From the human T2T-CHM13v2.0 reference genome, Homo sapiens, in the NCBI RefSeq assembly GCF_009914755.1, contig NC_060940.1: a stretch of DNA of 64,000 bases; one strand, written 5' to 3'. Under the pieces are notes generated by a model. That model searched no databases. It was not told the DNA's origin and saw only the letters and a list, made by a program, of their open reading frames with translations. Made by a program: the position numbers and the translations under genes. Of this stretch, positions 1-14,341 are shown one piece after another (position 1 is the stretch's first letter; each line of letters opens with the position of its first letter).

Positions 1-255
1 ACTCATAAAAATGTGCTAGATGCAATTAAAGCAGAACTTTCAAGTTTATAGCACCAAACACCAAACATCAAACACCAAACACCTGCACTGGAAAACATGA
101 AAGTTCTCAAATCAATGACCTCAGGTTTAGGAAAGTAGAAACAGAAGAGCAAATTAAACTCGAAGAAAATAGAAGAAAAGAAATATTAAAGATTAAGGCA
201 GAAATCAATGAAGTAGCAAACAAAATTTAAAACAGAGACAATGAAACCAAAGTTA

Positions 256-657
<402 letters not shown>

Positions 658-1110
658 GGGAGAGGAGAGATCAATAGAATCCGTCATTGTTAAAACATTA
701 GTAAGGGTATATCACAAACAGATTTTTCTCCAATAAATTTGACAATGAGATAAAGTAGACTAATTGTTTGGAAGACACAAACTACCAAAGCTTATTCAAG
801 AAGATATAGATCACCTAAACAGCCCTATAACTGTTAACAAAATTGAATTTATAGTTTAACATGTACACACAAAAGAAATTTTAGATGGCTTCACTGGTTA
901 ATTCTATGGAATATTGGCTTCACTGGTAGTTTTACCAAATTTTTTTCAATATCTCTCATAAGGAGAAATACCAAATATGTAAGGAAGAAATAATACCAAT
1001 TCTACACAAACTCTTCCAAGATTCGAAGAAGTAGCAATACATTCCAACTCATACTTTGAAGTCAACATTACTCTTATACAAAACCAGAAAAAAAAAAAAA
1101 CATTTTAAAA

Positions 1111-1414
<304 letters not shown>

Positions 1415-2682
1415 CATTACAAGGAAGTAAAACTATGGACCAACTCATCAACATTATTGCAGAAATTCTTAACAAAACTTATGCAAGTAAAATACAACAA
1501 TATTTTCAAGAGATAATACATCATGAATTTCAGGAATTCAAGCTTGGTTTAACATTAGAAATTTAATAATATTCACCATATTAACAAACTAAAAAATGTA
1601 AAACCATGCAATCCTCTCAATAAGTACAGAAAAAGCATTTGACAAAATCCAGTCAAATCCATTTCCATCATCCAATCATATCTAGTTATCAAAGGAGGAA
1701 TGGAAGGGAACATCTTCAACCCAATAAAAGATATCTACAAAAATCCAATAGCTAATATCAAATGTAATGGTAAATGATTGAATATATTCCCCCTAATTTC
1801 AGGCAGAATGCAAGGATTTCACTCTTACCACTTTTATTCAACATTATACTAAACGTTATATTCAATGCAATGGGCAACAAAAAGAAGTAAAAGACACTCA
1901 GATTGGAGAGAAAGAAGTCAAATTGTCTTTATTGGGAGATGACATGACTCAGTCTTTCATGATTAAGTATGATATTAGCTGTGGGATATCTGTAGAAGTC
2001 CTTTATTAGGTTGAAGAAATGCTCTTTTAATCCTAGTTTGTCAAATGGTTTTATCATGAATGGTATTGAATTTTGTTAAATGCTCATTTTGCATCTACTG
2101 AGTATGTGTTTTTTTCTTTATCCTATTGATATGATATAGTATTCATTTTCAAATGTTAAATGAACTTTACATTCCTAGGATTAATCCCATTTGGTTGTGT
2201 TGTATAACCCTTTTTAAATGCTGCTGGATTTGGTTTGCTAGTATTTCATTGAGGTTTTTGTTTATAAGTTCATAAGAGATATTGGTCTATAATTTTCTTT
2301 TCTTGTGATGCCTTTGGTATCAGAGTGGTACTGGCATCATAATGAATTAGAAAGTGTTACCTCCTTCCCTATTTTTTTGATGAATTGCAAATAATTGGTA
2401 TAAATTCTCTAATTGTTTGGCAGAGTTCACCAGTGAATCTGAGCCTAGGCATTTCTTTGTGGATAGTTTTCAAAATTACTAATTCAGTACCTTTATCTAT
2501 TGTAGGTCTATTCAGATCTTCTATTCCTTCTTGAGTTAGTTTTGATACTTTGTGTTTTTCTGGGAATGTATCCATTTTATATATGTTATCTAATTTGTTG
2601 GCATACAGTTATTCTTAGCATTTCCTAATAGTCCTTTTATTTTATTTCTGTAAGGTTGTAGTAATGCTCTCTCTTTATTACT

Positions 2683-2799
2683 GATTTTTGTAATTTGAGT
2701 TCTCTATCTGTCTCCCTCCCTCCCTCTTCAGTCTAGCTAAAGATTTTTGTAATTTGAGTTCTCTGTCTCCTTCCCTCTCTCTTCAGCCTAGCTAAAGAT
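2683..2799. repeat. Two-copy ~57-bp tandem duplication inside the L1
   Basis: gatttttgtaatttgagttctct...cttcag(t/c)ctagctaaa occurs twice head-to-tail. Confidence 0.85.
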
Positions 2800-3114
2800 T
2801 TGTCCATTTTGTTGATCTTTTCTAAGAACCGACTCTTGGTTTTGTTGATTTTCTCTACGGTTTTTTATTCTCTATTTCATTACTTTCTACCTTAATCTTT
2901 ATTATTTTCTTCCTCTGCTTGTTTTGGGTTTAGCTTACTCTTCTTTTTGTAGTTTCTTAAGGTGTAAATTTAGGTTATTGGTTTGACATCTTTCTTCTTT
3001 TTAAATATAGGTATTTATAGCTATGAATTTCCCTCTAAGCACTGTCTTCACTATATCCCATAAGTTTTGAGATGTTGTGTCTTCATTTTCATTCATTTCA
3101 AAATATTTTCAAAA

Positions 3115-3172
3115 CACTATGTACCCCATAATATGTACAATTGTTGTATGTCAATTAAAAAGAAAAGAAAAA
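3115..3172 (+). mobile_element. Tiny 5'-truncated L1MA-type 3' end with A tail
   Basis: cactatgtaccccataatatgtacaattgttgtatgtcaattaaaaag resembles an L1MA terminus. Confidence 0.55.
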
Positions 3173-3234
3173 GATACTAATTTCCCTTGTCATTTCTTAA
3201 TTGGCCCACTTGTTATTTAAAAGTGTGCTGTTCA

Positions 3235-3565
<331 letters not shown>

Positions 3566-3590
3566 TCAATGTACTTTTTGTTGTTAATTT

Positions 3591-3973
3591 CTTTCTTTCT
3601 TTCTTTTCCCTTCCCTTCCTGTCCCTCCCTTCCCCCTCCCCTGTCCCTCCCCTCCTTCTCCCCTCCCCTCCACTCTCCTCTCCTGCCCTTTCCTTTTGAG
3701 ATAGGGTCTTGCTCTGCTACCCAGGCTGGAGTGCAATGGCATGACCATGGCTTACTGCAGCTTCAACCTCCTGGGCTCAAATGATCCTCCCACCTCAGCC
3801 TCCTGAGTTGCTGGGACTACAAGCACATGCCACCACCCCAGGCTAATTTTTAAAATTTTTGTAGAGATGGGGTCTCACTATGTTGCCCTGGCTAATCTTG
3901 AACTCCTGGGCTCAAGTGGTCCTCCCACCTCAGCCTCCCAAAGTGCTGGGATTACAGATGTGATCCACTGCAC
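3591..3973 (-). mobile_element. AluJ-type SINE with CT-rich expanded tail (3591-3696)
   Basis: Antisense dimer; TSD tgttaatttct. Confidence 0.9.
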
Positions 3974-4345
3974 TGTTAATTTCTAATTTTACTCCATTGT
4001 GATTAGAGAACATACTTTGTATAATTTCAATCCTTTGAGAAATTACTGAAATTCTTTTTATGACCTAACATATGATCTGTACTGGAGAATGTCCCATGTG
4101 TACTTGAGACGAATGTATATTCTGCTGTTGTTAAGTGGAGTGTTCCAGGTATGCGTCAGGTCTAGTTGGTTTATAGTATTATTCAAGCCTTCTGTTTTCT
4201 TGTTGATCTGCCTAGTTGTTATATCTTTTGTTGAAAGTGAGGCATTGAAGGCTCCAACTATTATTGTCGAATTATCTACTTATCTCTTTAATTTTTTAAA
4301 GTTTTTGCTTTATATGTTTTGGACCTCTCTTATTAGGTGCATATT

Positions 4346-4952
4346 TATTTGACTGACTAATAAAATTGTATATATTTATCATGTACAACATGTTTTGAAA
4401 TATGTATACATTATTGAATCACTGAGTCAAGCTAATTAACATATGTATTACTCACATACTTATTTTTGTGGTGAGAACATTAAAATCTACTCTCTCAGCA
4501 ATTTTAAAGGATACAATACATTGTTGTTAACCATAATCACCATGTTGTACAACAGAGCTCTTGAATTTATTTCTTCTATTGAACTGTAATTGTATACCCT
4601 TTGACTAACATTTCCCCAACTGTTCCCCTACCCTAGCACTTGGTAACAGTCATTCTACTCTTAATTCTATGAGCTCAACTTTTTTAGATTCCACATATAA
4701 GTGAGATCGTTTAGTGTTTGTCTTTCTGTGCCTGGCTTATTTCAATGAAATAAGTCCTATTTCATTGGACTTTTCATAGTGTCCTCCAAATTCATCCATG
4801 TTGTTACAAATGACAATATTTCCTTCTTTTTAAGGCTGAATAGTATTCCAATATGTATAAGTACCACATTTTCATTATCCATTTATCTGTTGATGGACAA
4901 TTAGGTTGATTCCATATCTTTGCTATTGTGAATAATGCTGCAATGAACATGG
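4346..4952 (-). mobile_element. L1MA-type 3' end
   Basis: Antisense L1MA 3'UTR plus ORF2 C-terminus (MFIAALFTIAKIWNQPNCPSTDKWIMKMWY). Confidence 0.85.
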
Positions 4953-5030
4953 AATATATAAATGTTAGGCCTTCCTGATGGATTGACTGATTTTTAATTG
5001 ACAAATAAAAATTGTATATATGTATGGTGC

Positions 5031-5477
5031 TATGAAAGGAAAATAAATCTTGGGGCCCCCAAATCACTAAACTAAAGGGAAAAGTCAAGCTGGGAACTGC
5101 TTAGGGCAAACTTGCCTCCCATTGTATTCAAATCATCCGTCTGCTCACTGAGATAAATGCATATCTGATTGCCTCCTTTCGAGAGGCTAATCAGAAACTC
5201 AAAAGAATGCAACTGTTTGTCTCTCACCTACCTGTGACCTGGAAGTCCCCTCCCTGCTTCGAGTTGCCCTGCCTTTCTGGATGGAACCAATGTGCATTTT
5301 ATATATATTGATTGAGGTCTCATGTCTCCCTAAAATATATAAAACCAAGCTATGCCCCAACCACCTTAGCCACATGTCAGGACCTCCTGAGGCTGTGCCA
5401 TGGGCACATGTTCTCAACCTTGGCAAAATAAACTTTTTAAATTAACTAAGACCTGTCTCAGATATTTGGGGTTAACA
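5031..5477 (+). mobile_element. 5' LTR of MER4-group (MER4A1-like) ERV1 provirus
   Basis: Near-identical to 9959-10406; T(G/A)TGAAAGG...ACA termini, AATAAA near the end; TSD gtgc/gtgt. Confidence 0.9.
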
Positions 5478-8400
5478 TTTATGGTAACCACAAAGGAATT
5501 CTGAGTGGAGATGCCCCTGACCTTTGACAAATCTCCTATTGGTGCTTGGTATCAGCTTGAGCTATCTTTATGGCTCAAACCAATAGGACAATTTGCTGAG
5601 GCCTGGAAGTGTTATGAGATCTTTGGGGTGTTGATTTTTCTTTCCAGAAACCTCTGTGGCTGGTGACGCTTTTGCCCGAGTTTTTGTCCTGCATCCAGGA
5701 AGAATGAGGTATGCAGAGAAGTGAATGGTGATGAAGATGAAGAAGAATTTTATTTAGTGTTAGAATGGCTCAGAAGAGACCGGAAGTGGGTAGCTCCTCT
5801 CTGTAGGCAGGTCATCCCATGGAGTGTTCAGCTGTCAGCAAAGAGGAGGCCCTGGAGGGGGTAGCTCTTCTCTGCCCACTGGTCATCCTGCTGTCTGCTG
5901 TTCTCAGCAGAGAGGAGGCTCTGAAGAGGGTGGCTCCTCTTTGTAGGCAGGTTGTTCAGATGTCTCTGCAGGCCTCTGAAGCTCTCAGCAAAGAGGATAG
6001 CTCCTCTCTGCAGGTAGTTATCCCCTTCCTCTCTCTGTCCTCTGGTCTTTGCCCTGCTGTGGCCGAGCCCAGGGCTTTTATGGACCTGAGCGGGGAGGAA
6101 ATGCATGCCAATTGGTGGATGCGCAGCCATGGGCAGGCCCAGAGGAGGCGCTTCAAGTCCCTACTCTGGTCTGTGTGACTGGCAGCCTGCCCCCAGCTGT
6201 CAGGCCCTCCCTGGTCTGAAGGTGGGACCTTACTGGGGATCCGCCTGCTTCTGCCCAGGACTCTGCCTCCCGCTGCCATTCAAGGCCCCAGGGCTCTGCT
6301 CCAACCCTGCTCCAAGACCAGTGCCCTCCCCAGGAGAGGAGAGAGGCCAGGCAATGGGAGTAAACACCCGCCAAGACAGCAGGGAGCACAGGAGGGTGGG
6401 CCTCCTTCCTGATCCATAGAACAGGAAGGCCTAGGTCTGCAGTTTGGGTGGCTGCAGCGGCACCCAAGGAGCTCCTGCCCCAACTCAGAAGGAGCGGGGT
6501 TCCCATGGGCTCCATGGAGTGTGCAGCCCCAGCCAGCCTCCCTCCTGCAGCCACTTAGAAGCACCTCCTCCAGAGAATCCCTGATCTCCCAAAATTTGGT
6601 CAAGATCTAAACTTTATTTTTCTGTACAACTCCTTTTTTTTTTTTTTTTTTTTTTTGGAGTTTTACTTGCTTTTAACACAAGGAAGGCAAGTTTTTCCTG
6701 TTTCCATGACAATGGACGGCAGGTAATTCCTTTATGGAGTTTGAACTCGCTCCCAACAGGGAAGACGAGTTTGAGTTTTTCCTGCTTCTAGGATGGTAGA
6801 GAGCAGGCTTTGGCCTGAGACCCATCCCTACGTAAATAACTGAATTGGGGTTTGCCTTGGCTAAAGTTAAAATTAACAACCAGCTGGTCTTAATTTCTCC
6901 TTACCATTAGAGCGCTCAGCAATCATGTAAGTTGTGCAATCGTTTGTTTCGCTTAACTTTTTCTGTTGTTTGTTTGTTTTTTTGTTTCTTTTGTTGTTGT
7001 TTCAGTCTTTTTCCTATCAGGTTTGACCAACTCTATCCAACTTGATCATATCTGAAGGAAAGTTCCAAATTATGGGGAACAAGGCCTTTGAAGTGGCTAA
7101 ATTCCCCCACCCACAATAAAAGGTGGTGTGGTGGGGGGAGAAAAGTGGCCAGCAAAAGGGGAAAAAAGGGAAAGATTTTTTAATTTTGACTACTTAAGGC
7201 TTTCTTTATTTACATAACAAGGCCTAAAGGAAATGTTTTCTTCCAACATAATATTCTGTGCACTGCAGAAGGTCTTTTCTTTGGCCTTTTGATAACTGGC
7301 CTAACAGATTTCATGTCTTATCAAATAATTCTTATCCCATTATTATTAAGTTTTGGTTTGCTTAGAAAAAACAGATCAAAAATTTTTTTCAATTAAGGTT
7401 ATTACCTCCATGTATTTTTCTGTATGTGCTTTTAAAGTCCTTGTAACATTGAGTTGCTGGGCTTTGACTCCTGGGTCTAAAAAGGACACCAAATCCTGCT
7501 AACTCTTAAACACTGACAGCAATTAAAGCTTCGTATTCAGGTCTGATAGAAGATGCCAATCAAAATAAACTGCATTCCTAAGACACAGGGCCAGAAATTA
7601 AAGCTATTCAACTCCTCAAGGTCCAGGGAGTATCACAGAAGAGGCAGGTGCATGAGATTGTAAGGGCCAATTTTGAGAGATAAAGGAAGTTCAGTTTCTC
7701 TATAAATTAACCATTAATGTCAAAGGCATACTGATGCAAGACCAGCACATGAGGCCCTGTGTCAGATTAACAAGGTTTTCTTGAAGTATTAACCAACTCC
7801 TTATTAAAGGTTATAAAGGCTATAAAAAGACTTATGGAAGTTATATGTTATGGTCAAAATTAACATTTTAGAGATTGTTTAAAAATTTTGAAAAACAAAT
7901 TTAATTGGCTTCATGCTATTTTTATTAGGGCTTATTGTTTGGAAAATTAAGTCTCCTCTCTCAAAGAATGAAGGTTGTCACCTTTTTAGAAAACCCTTGA
8001 GTTATCACTTTGGTTAAATGAATCACTTATTTTACAATGAACTGTGATCCTATTTTGTGATATCAAGTGTTTTAAACCTTTGATATTTGACAAACTTTTC
8101 AAAATAAAATTACACGTCTTTTTATGACCTAATTAATCTTTTTAGATATTAGGTTCCCTAAAGCCCAAAAATGACATATTTGGCCTATTTGGTATAAAAA
8201 TTATACAGGAAGCATTGTCAAACATGAAATGGTTTGGTTTTCTTTGGGCTATATTTGTATAAATATGTTATTGGTATGTGTTCCAAAATTATGGGAACTC
8301 CTATAATTCTGATATGACTTAGTGTACATAGTTAGTAGTAATAATAATAATTGTTATGTTAAATTTTTGTGTGCCACAGAGGTAACAGATTTCCTTGTCA

Positions 8401-9958
8401 ATTGTGTCTTTGACTATAGCTGCCCTAAAACATTTTGTCATCCATGGACAATTGTTGTCTTGTTTTGGTTCTCTTTAGAAGGTGGTTTTATAATCTACTA
8501 TAAAACTCTAATAGGGGCTCCTGAATGGAGGTTTCTGATAATTTTGGAGATGGTGACATCAGAATAGAGGAAAAACTTTCAGGACTCATGGAGAGCTGAA
8601 ATGTTCATGAATTTCAAGCAGAACAGGAATTAACTACAAAGACTGAAATAATAGATGACTGAAGTAATCTTTTTGACTTTTTGCTTAAAATGTTACTGAT
8701 CTTTCAATTTTCAGAGTCAAGGAAACTTTTCTTTTGTGCTATTGACAGCTTTTAACAACTAAGTATACTCCTACCAACAAAATTTGGAGTATATTTGTTT
8801 CTCTCCACCTGATTTCTCCAGAATTTGGAAACTATTTTAAGTATTCTTAACTTACGGCTATATAGTTATTTGCATAAGTGCAATAAGAATCTGTTTTCAT
8901 TTGTAACAGGACATGACTGGAGCAACTGGTTATTTTACCAAGTTTTGACTGGAATGGTTTACTTTCCTTTAAGGAATCAAAGTTGTCTTTTAGAGCCAAT
9001 AAAAGCCCCTTGGGAAAACTGGCCTCATACCTTATCTACACAGTCCCTGTACACGGTTCTTGACCTGTGATAAGAAATGAATGTCACTTTCTGACTGGCC
9101 TGGGAACCCCAAGTTATCTTGAGACCTCAAGGGGAGAGGAATTCACCCAACTCATAGGTATTTGATGGTACAAATCCATGGCTGGGCTTGGCTTTAAAAA
9201 AGTCATATCTGAGATTCCTTCTATGGAACAAAGTTCCATCAAAGCCAATTTAAAAAGCCTATGTGAAGAATAATTATTCTAGCTGCACTTTATACAAATA
9301 ATTTGGCCAAGTATAATAAAGCAAATTGGTCCTACCATGATTTGTCATGATTTTTAGTAAAAATGGGAAACTGGAGAGAGAAAAATTGTTTCAAAAACTA
9401 AAGTACACCTGTTGTTAGATTCTAGTCTTGCCTAATGTTTTTCTGTTTTTATTATTTTCTACAGACTGGACTGAATTCTAACTTTTCCTGGCTACAAGTC
9501 TCCAAAATAATGTTTTCATTTTTTTCTTTCTTTTCCTTTTCCCTACATTTTTCCTAATTTGAAATCACTGAAAACTAAGCTATGCTTTCTTAAAGCCCTG
9601 CAAACTGAAACTAGACAACTTAAACTTCAAAAGAAAATAACAGCAACCTTTTACATACATAAGCCACTTTTATACCTGCCTACTGATGTATGGACTACAG
9701 AGTAAGGTGGTCTATATCAGTTTTGCAGGATTGTTCTTTTGTTTGTTGTTGTTTTTCTCCCTTCTTTCTCCTATTTTCTCTTCATAGGACATAAGACTTC
9801 AGAACCTGCTAAAAATGAGCTTTCCTAATAACTTGGAACTTATCTGTCTAGGAATAAACTGTCTTAGCTGTGAGACAGCAGATGAAACCTGAGACCGGGG
9901 ACTCATTTTCTTCCGATAATGCTTTCTCCAAAAGATTTTAGAAACAAAAGGGGGGAAA
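5478..9958 (+). mobile_element. MER4-int internal region (non-coding, non-autonomous ERV1)
   Basis: Lies between the paired LTRs; PBS-like tggtaaccacaaaggaat at ~5482; polypurine tract aaaagggggga just before the 3' LTR; no gag/pol/env-length ORFs. Confidence 0.85.
5610..6557 (-). mobile_element. MER52-like solo LTR nested antisense in MER4-int
   Basis: GC-rich block with 4-bp TSD gaag (5606-5609 / 6558-6561); host sequence gcctggaag|cacctcctcc rejoins across it; resembles the MER52 consensus. Confidence 0.8.
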
Positions 9959-10406
9959 TGTGAAAGGAAAATAAATCTTATGACCCCAAAATCACTAAGC
10001 TAAAGGGAAAAGTCAAGCTGGGAACTACTTAGGGCAAACCTGCCTCCCGCTCTATTCAAAGTCACCCCTCTGCTCACTGAGATAAATGCATACCTGAATG
10101 CCTCCTTTGGAGAGGCTAATCAGAAACTCAAAAGAATGCAACCATTTGTCTCTCACCTACCTGTGACCTGGAAGCCCCCTCCCTGCTTTGAGTTGTCCTG
10201 CCTTTTTGGGAAGAACTAATGTTTATCTTACATATACTGATTGATGTCTCATGTCTCCCTAAAATGTATAAAACCAAGCTGTGCCCTGATCACCTTGGGC
10301 ACATGTCAGGATCTCTTGAGGCTGTGTCATGGGAACATGTCCTCAACCTTGGCAAAATAAACTTCCCAAATTAACTGAGACCTATCTCAGATATTTGGGA
10401 TTCATA
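9959..10406 (+). mobile_element. 3' LTR of MER4-group (MER4A1-like) provirus
   Basis: Direct repeat of 5031-5477, about 11-12% diverged by hand count. Confidence 0.9.
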
Positions 10407-11479
10407 GTGTACAATATGTTTTGACATGTGTGTAGACTGTGGATTGACCCATCTCATATTACAAAATGTCCTTCTTTATCTCTAGTAACATCCTAGGGAC
10501 ACAGCATTATGCTGTTAGAAGCCATACTAGTATTTCATTTAGGTGCTCTGCATTATTTAGTGCAGAGGTTTGTACAAAGTTCTTATGTGTGAAGTGTTCT
10601 GTAGTTCTTAACACACACACACACATGCTTGCATTCTCACTTATTATCTTAGCTTGCCCTCTAAGCTACCAGATCTGTATTCAAATTCTTTCTGTCCTTT
10701 GGAAATCCTATGGGTAAGTCTTAAACAGAGCAACATATAACCCTGAGGGCCAAATCCTGGCACAGACCTCAAGACAAGTGCCTGCTGAGGAAATATGTCG
10801 TCCACACAATGAACTTGTGGGCAGGATGCCCAGTACCCAGACAAGATCACGGCCTTGCTCCTTCTATCTGCTACCACACCCAGCTCTGTAGCTTCCCTGA
10901 GCCCAACTACAAAAATAACCTGCCACTTATGCAGGGGGTACACCAAGTGGCTTCCCCACTGAAGCTGAGGAAGGAGAATCTCCAGATCCACTTGGAGGAA
11001 AGGAGAAGTCCTCCAAAATGCCCATTGAAAGTAGAGCCTATGAATAACCTGTCCCTCCCAGCATCCAGAACACCTACCCCAGGGCCTGGCCTGCATTGCC
11101 AGCCTCCCAAGGTGCGGTTATTGAATACTGAGAAGCTGCCAAGGACTCAGCCTCATCTCCCTCAGTGTTCTCCAAATGGTGGGATGATCTTCGTGTAATA
11201 ACATTGAATGCCAAAGTTTAAAAAAGCCATCCCCTTTTCAGTTTTTTCCCCCAAGTCATTCCAATCATGTCAAACAGAAAGCCTTTGTTTGATGCTACTA
11301 AGTCTTTACGCCTAGCTGGAACTGATTAGCAGTAACAGAATTGTTTTGTCTTTGTTGTATTTGTCTTTATAGTTACCTTATATTTGTGGCAAAGTATACT
11401 GGGTTTTCCATTTGCGATAGGGATGTAAACTTTCCATTTTATATGAATTAATTTCAGGTAAAAAGTGAGTTCCTTAAAG

Positions 11480-11741
11480 AAAGTTATTGCATATTTAAAT
11501 AATAATGGGGTGGCAAAATTCACGAGGGTTGTGTTGACTGTGCTCAGAAATCAAAGCTGGGCGTGGTGGCTCAGGCCTGCAATCCCAGCACTTTGAGAGG
11601 CTGAGGTGGGAGGATCGCTTGAGGCCGGGAGTTTGAGAGCAGCCTGGGTAACACAGCGGGACTCCATCACTACATTTATAATAAAAGAAAAAAAAAAGGA
11701 ACGCCCCTAAATATGACATGGGTGAATAGTTCCCACCAAGT
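11480..11741 (+). repeat. Left arm of inverted duplication (unique DNA + FLAM + unique DNA)
   Basis: Reverse complement matches 13047-13622 once the AluS there is removed. Confidence 0.9.
11556..11698 (+). mobile_element. FLAM-type Alu monomer
   Basis: Left-arm monomer with A tail. Confidence 0.85.
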
Positions 11742-11819
11742 GATCCTGGCCATGTATGCCTGAACCCGAAGAGAGTTGCAAAGGAGGACATTTAAATTTG
11801 GGGCTCTGCCAATGTTCCT

Positions 11820-12130
11820 CCGTTTAGGGGGGCCTGGGAGCAGGTGTCGGAGTGAGGGCACAGGAACAGCAGCCCGCTGTCTGCGACACCTGGGCTGGCT
11901 GTGACACCTGGGCTGGGCCTGGGCCTGGGCCTCGCCAAGGCTGCGGAGCGCAGCGCCGCGCTTCACCACTAGGTGGTGGACGTACGCTCCCAGTATGAGC
12001 GGCGCTGACCCCGGGAGCAGCATGGCCCTTTGCAGCCCGAGCTGCTGGAACAGGCTGGGACACGCCTGCCCTCTCGCGGCCCCCTGCCCGAGGGGCCCTG
12101 CACACCCGGAGCCGGGCTTGGCGAAGTCAG
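11820..12130. promoter_or_regulatory. Small non-repeat CpG-rich island (candidate promoter/insulator)
   Basis: Sharp local rise in GC and CpG (e.g. gcggagcgcagcgccgcgc) in an otherwise CpG-depleted window. Confidence 0.6.
11964..11980 (+). promoter_or_regulatory. CTCF-like motif, palindromic
   Basis: caccactaggtggtgg matches the CTCF core CCASYAGRKGG; caccac-tag-gtggtg is an inverted repeat. Confidence 0.55.
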
Positions 12131-12369
12131 TCTCAGACCCCCTCAAAACCAAATCTCAGAGCTGCTTGAGCCACAGGGAAATGAAATAACCCCTAATGGA
12201 GACTCTTAACCTTACTTTGTACACAGACTGGTTACCCTGTGGCGCTCCTCTCAGAATAACCTTTTTAAATGCGTGAACTAGATGGGAATAAATAACAAGA
12301 TCTAGGAATTTGGAAAAAATGAGCACAAGTGACTTTTCCAGGTCACTGTAATGACTGTAATATGACATG

Positions 12370-12548
12370 AACATACCTTCCATTTCTATTGGCACTGCTA
12401 ATACCACTATGGTTTATTTGCTGCCTGCATTCATAATTGAAGAAAATCCCAAGTATCACTTAAAGGTGAGTGAGAATAAGTATTTAATTATTTTCCTTTG
12501 CAAGTTCAGGGACCCCATAAATTCTATGCCCACGGTTAAGAAACCTTT
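12370..12548. mobile_element. hAT-Charlie type MER fragment
   Basis: attcataattgaag...caagttcagggacccc...ggttaagaacc resembles the end of a Charlie-family MITE. Confidence 0.45.
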
Positions 12549-12682
12549 AGTGTCTGGCAGTTTCCAGATGGGGCGAAAAAAAAAAGAAAAAAAAAAAAAA
12601 CACCTTAGTGAAAATCGAGGCAAGATGGAAGACATTTAAACAGCACAACAGACTTCCCTGTCCATTTCCTGTTTTGCCCCAG

Positions 12683-12768
12683 CTTTAGTGCTCAGGGTCT
12701 CCTCAGTATCCACTCTCTGCCTTGACCGTCAGGAGCTATGAGCAGCACGGGGCATGCATGATCGTAGG
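12683..12768 (+). other. Candidate non-coding exon
   Basis: Pyrimidine tract tccatttcctgttttgccccag, 86 nt, then strong donor AGG|GTAAGT. Motif evidence only. Confidence 0.3.
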
Positions 12769-13046
12769 GTAAGTGGGGAGTGGGAGGGGGCTAAGATATC
12801 ATCCAGGCTCAATTGTTCAGTTTCCAGACACTGAGACAGAGAAAGGAGTCGGCACCTAGCATCTCCTACTCATTCAGGTCAGAGCTAAAGATCCACGCTC
12901 CATACCCATTTCCCCATTTCAGCCTGGGGGACAATTGGGAGGGGACTGGTAAGCCTCCCCAAGAAAGTGACACAAACTAAGACTTGGAGGAGGCATGTGG
13001 ATCTCAGGGGAAGAGCATTTTCCTCTTCCCCTGAGAAGAGGAGGCG

Positions 13047-13622
<576 letters not shown>

Positions 13623-13815
13623 TAAGAAGAGGCAACAGCTGGTGCAGCAGCCCTGGTGGATAGGCCTGGCATGCTTCCAGAAGGAAGCCGTGTAGCTGAG
13701 GCAGAGTGAAGCATAAATGAGGTCGGAGAGGTAGCTGGAGACCCGATCTAGAAAATCATCCTCTTAGAAGGACTTCAGCTTTTATGCCGTGTGAAACGTG
13801 GACCTGGCATAGAGT

Positions 13816-14181
13816 TGCTGGTGTTTGAATGTGTCTCCCAAAAGTCCATGTGTTAGAAACTGTGCCCTCATGAATGGGTTAATGGATTAATGAGGATTCT
13901 GCTCTCATGAATGGATTCATGTTGTCACCATCAGGGGAGTGAGTACTCATGGGAATGCCTTTGTTATCAAAGTGAGCTCTCTCTTGCACATGCTTCGTTT
14001 TGCCCTCTTGCCATGTGGTGCCCTCTGCCATGTTAGGATGAAGGTAAAAGGCCCTCACCAGATGCTGGCACCACGTCCTTGGAATTCCCAGCCTGCAGAA
14101 TTGTGAGCTAAATAAACTTCTTTTGTTTATAGATTACCCAGTCTGTGGTATTCTGTTACAGCAACAGAAAATGGACTAAAA
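13816..14181 (+). mobile_element. MaLR LTR (MSTC/MSTD-like)
   Basis: tttgaatgtgtctccc...ttcccagcctgcagaattgtgag..aataaa..tacccagtctgtggtattctgttacagcaacag. Confidence 0.8.
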
Positions 14182-14226
14182 GAGGGTTTTGAGCAGAGGA
14201 GGAACGAAATCTGACTTAGTTTTAAT

Positions 14227-14341
14227 CAAGGTGATCACATGTTCTGGTTTGCCAGGGCCAGTACTGGCTTACTCCTGTTATCCATTGTAATTATCAATAG
14301 CATTTCTTTTTGCCTCAAAGGAGTCAATTATGGTTGCTTTA
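14227..14341 (+). mobile_element. MER94-like hAT-Blackjack MITE
   Basis: caaggtgatcacatgttctggtttgccaggg...gtaattatcaatagc resembles MER94. Confidence 0.6.

Larger units (their letters stand above)
4990..10443 (-). mobile_element. ~80-bp L1MA 3' tail split by the ERV (pieces 4990-5030 and 10407-10443)
   Basis: tttttaattgacaaataaaaattgtatatatgtatggtg | tacaatatgttttgacatg joins across the provirus; flanked by the direct repeat tggattgac. Confidence 0.7.

Noticed and set aside
5819-6603. Cluster of 100-133 aa ORFs inside the provirus
   Set aside because: GC-rich MER52-like LTR; no gag, pol or env motifs.
10644-12189. ORFs of 129-158 aa near the CpG island
   Set aside because: No recognisable domain; expected by chance in GC-rich sequence, and some run into Alu.
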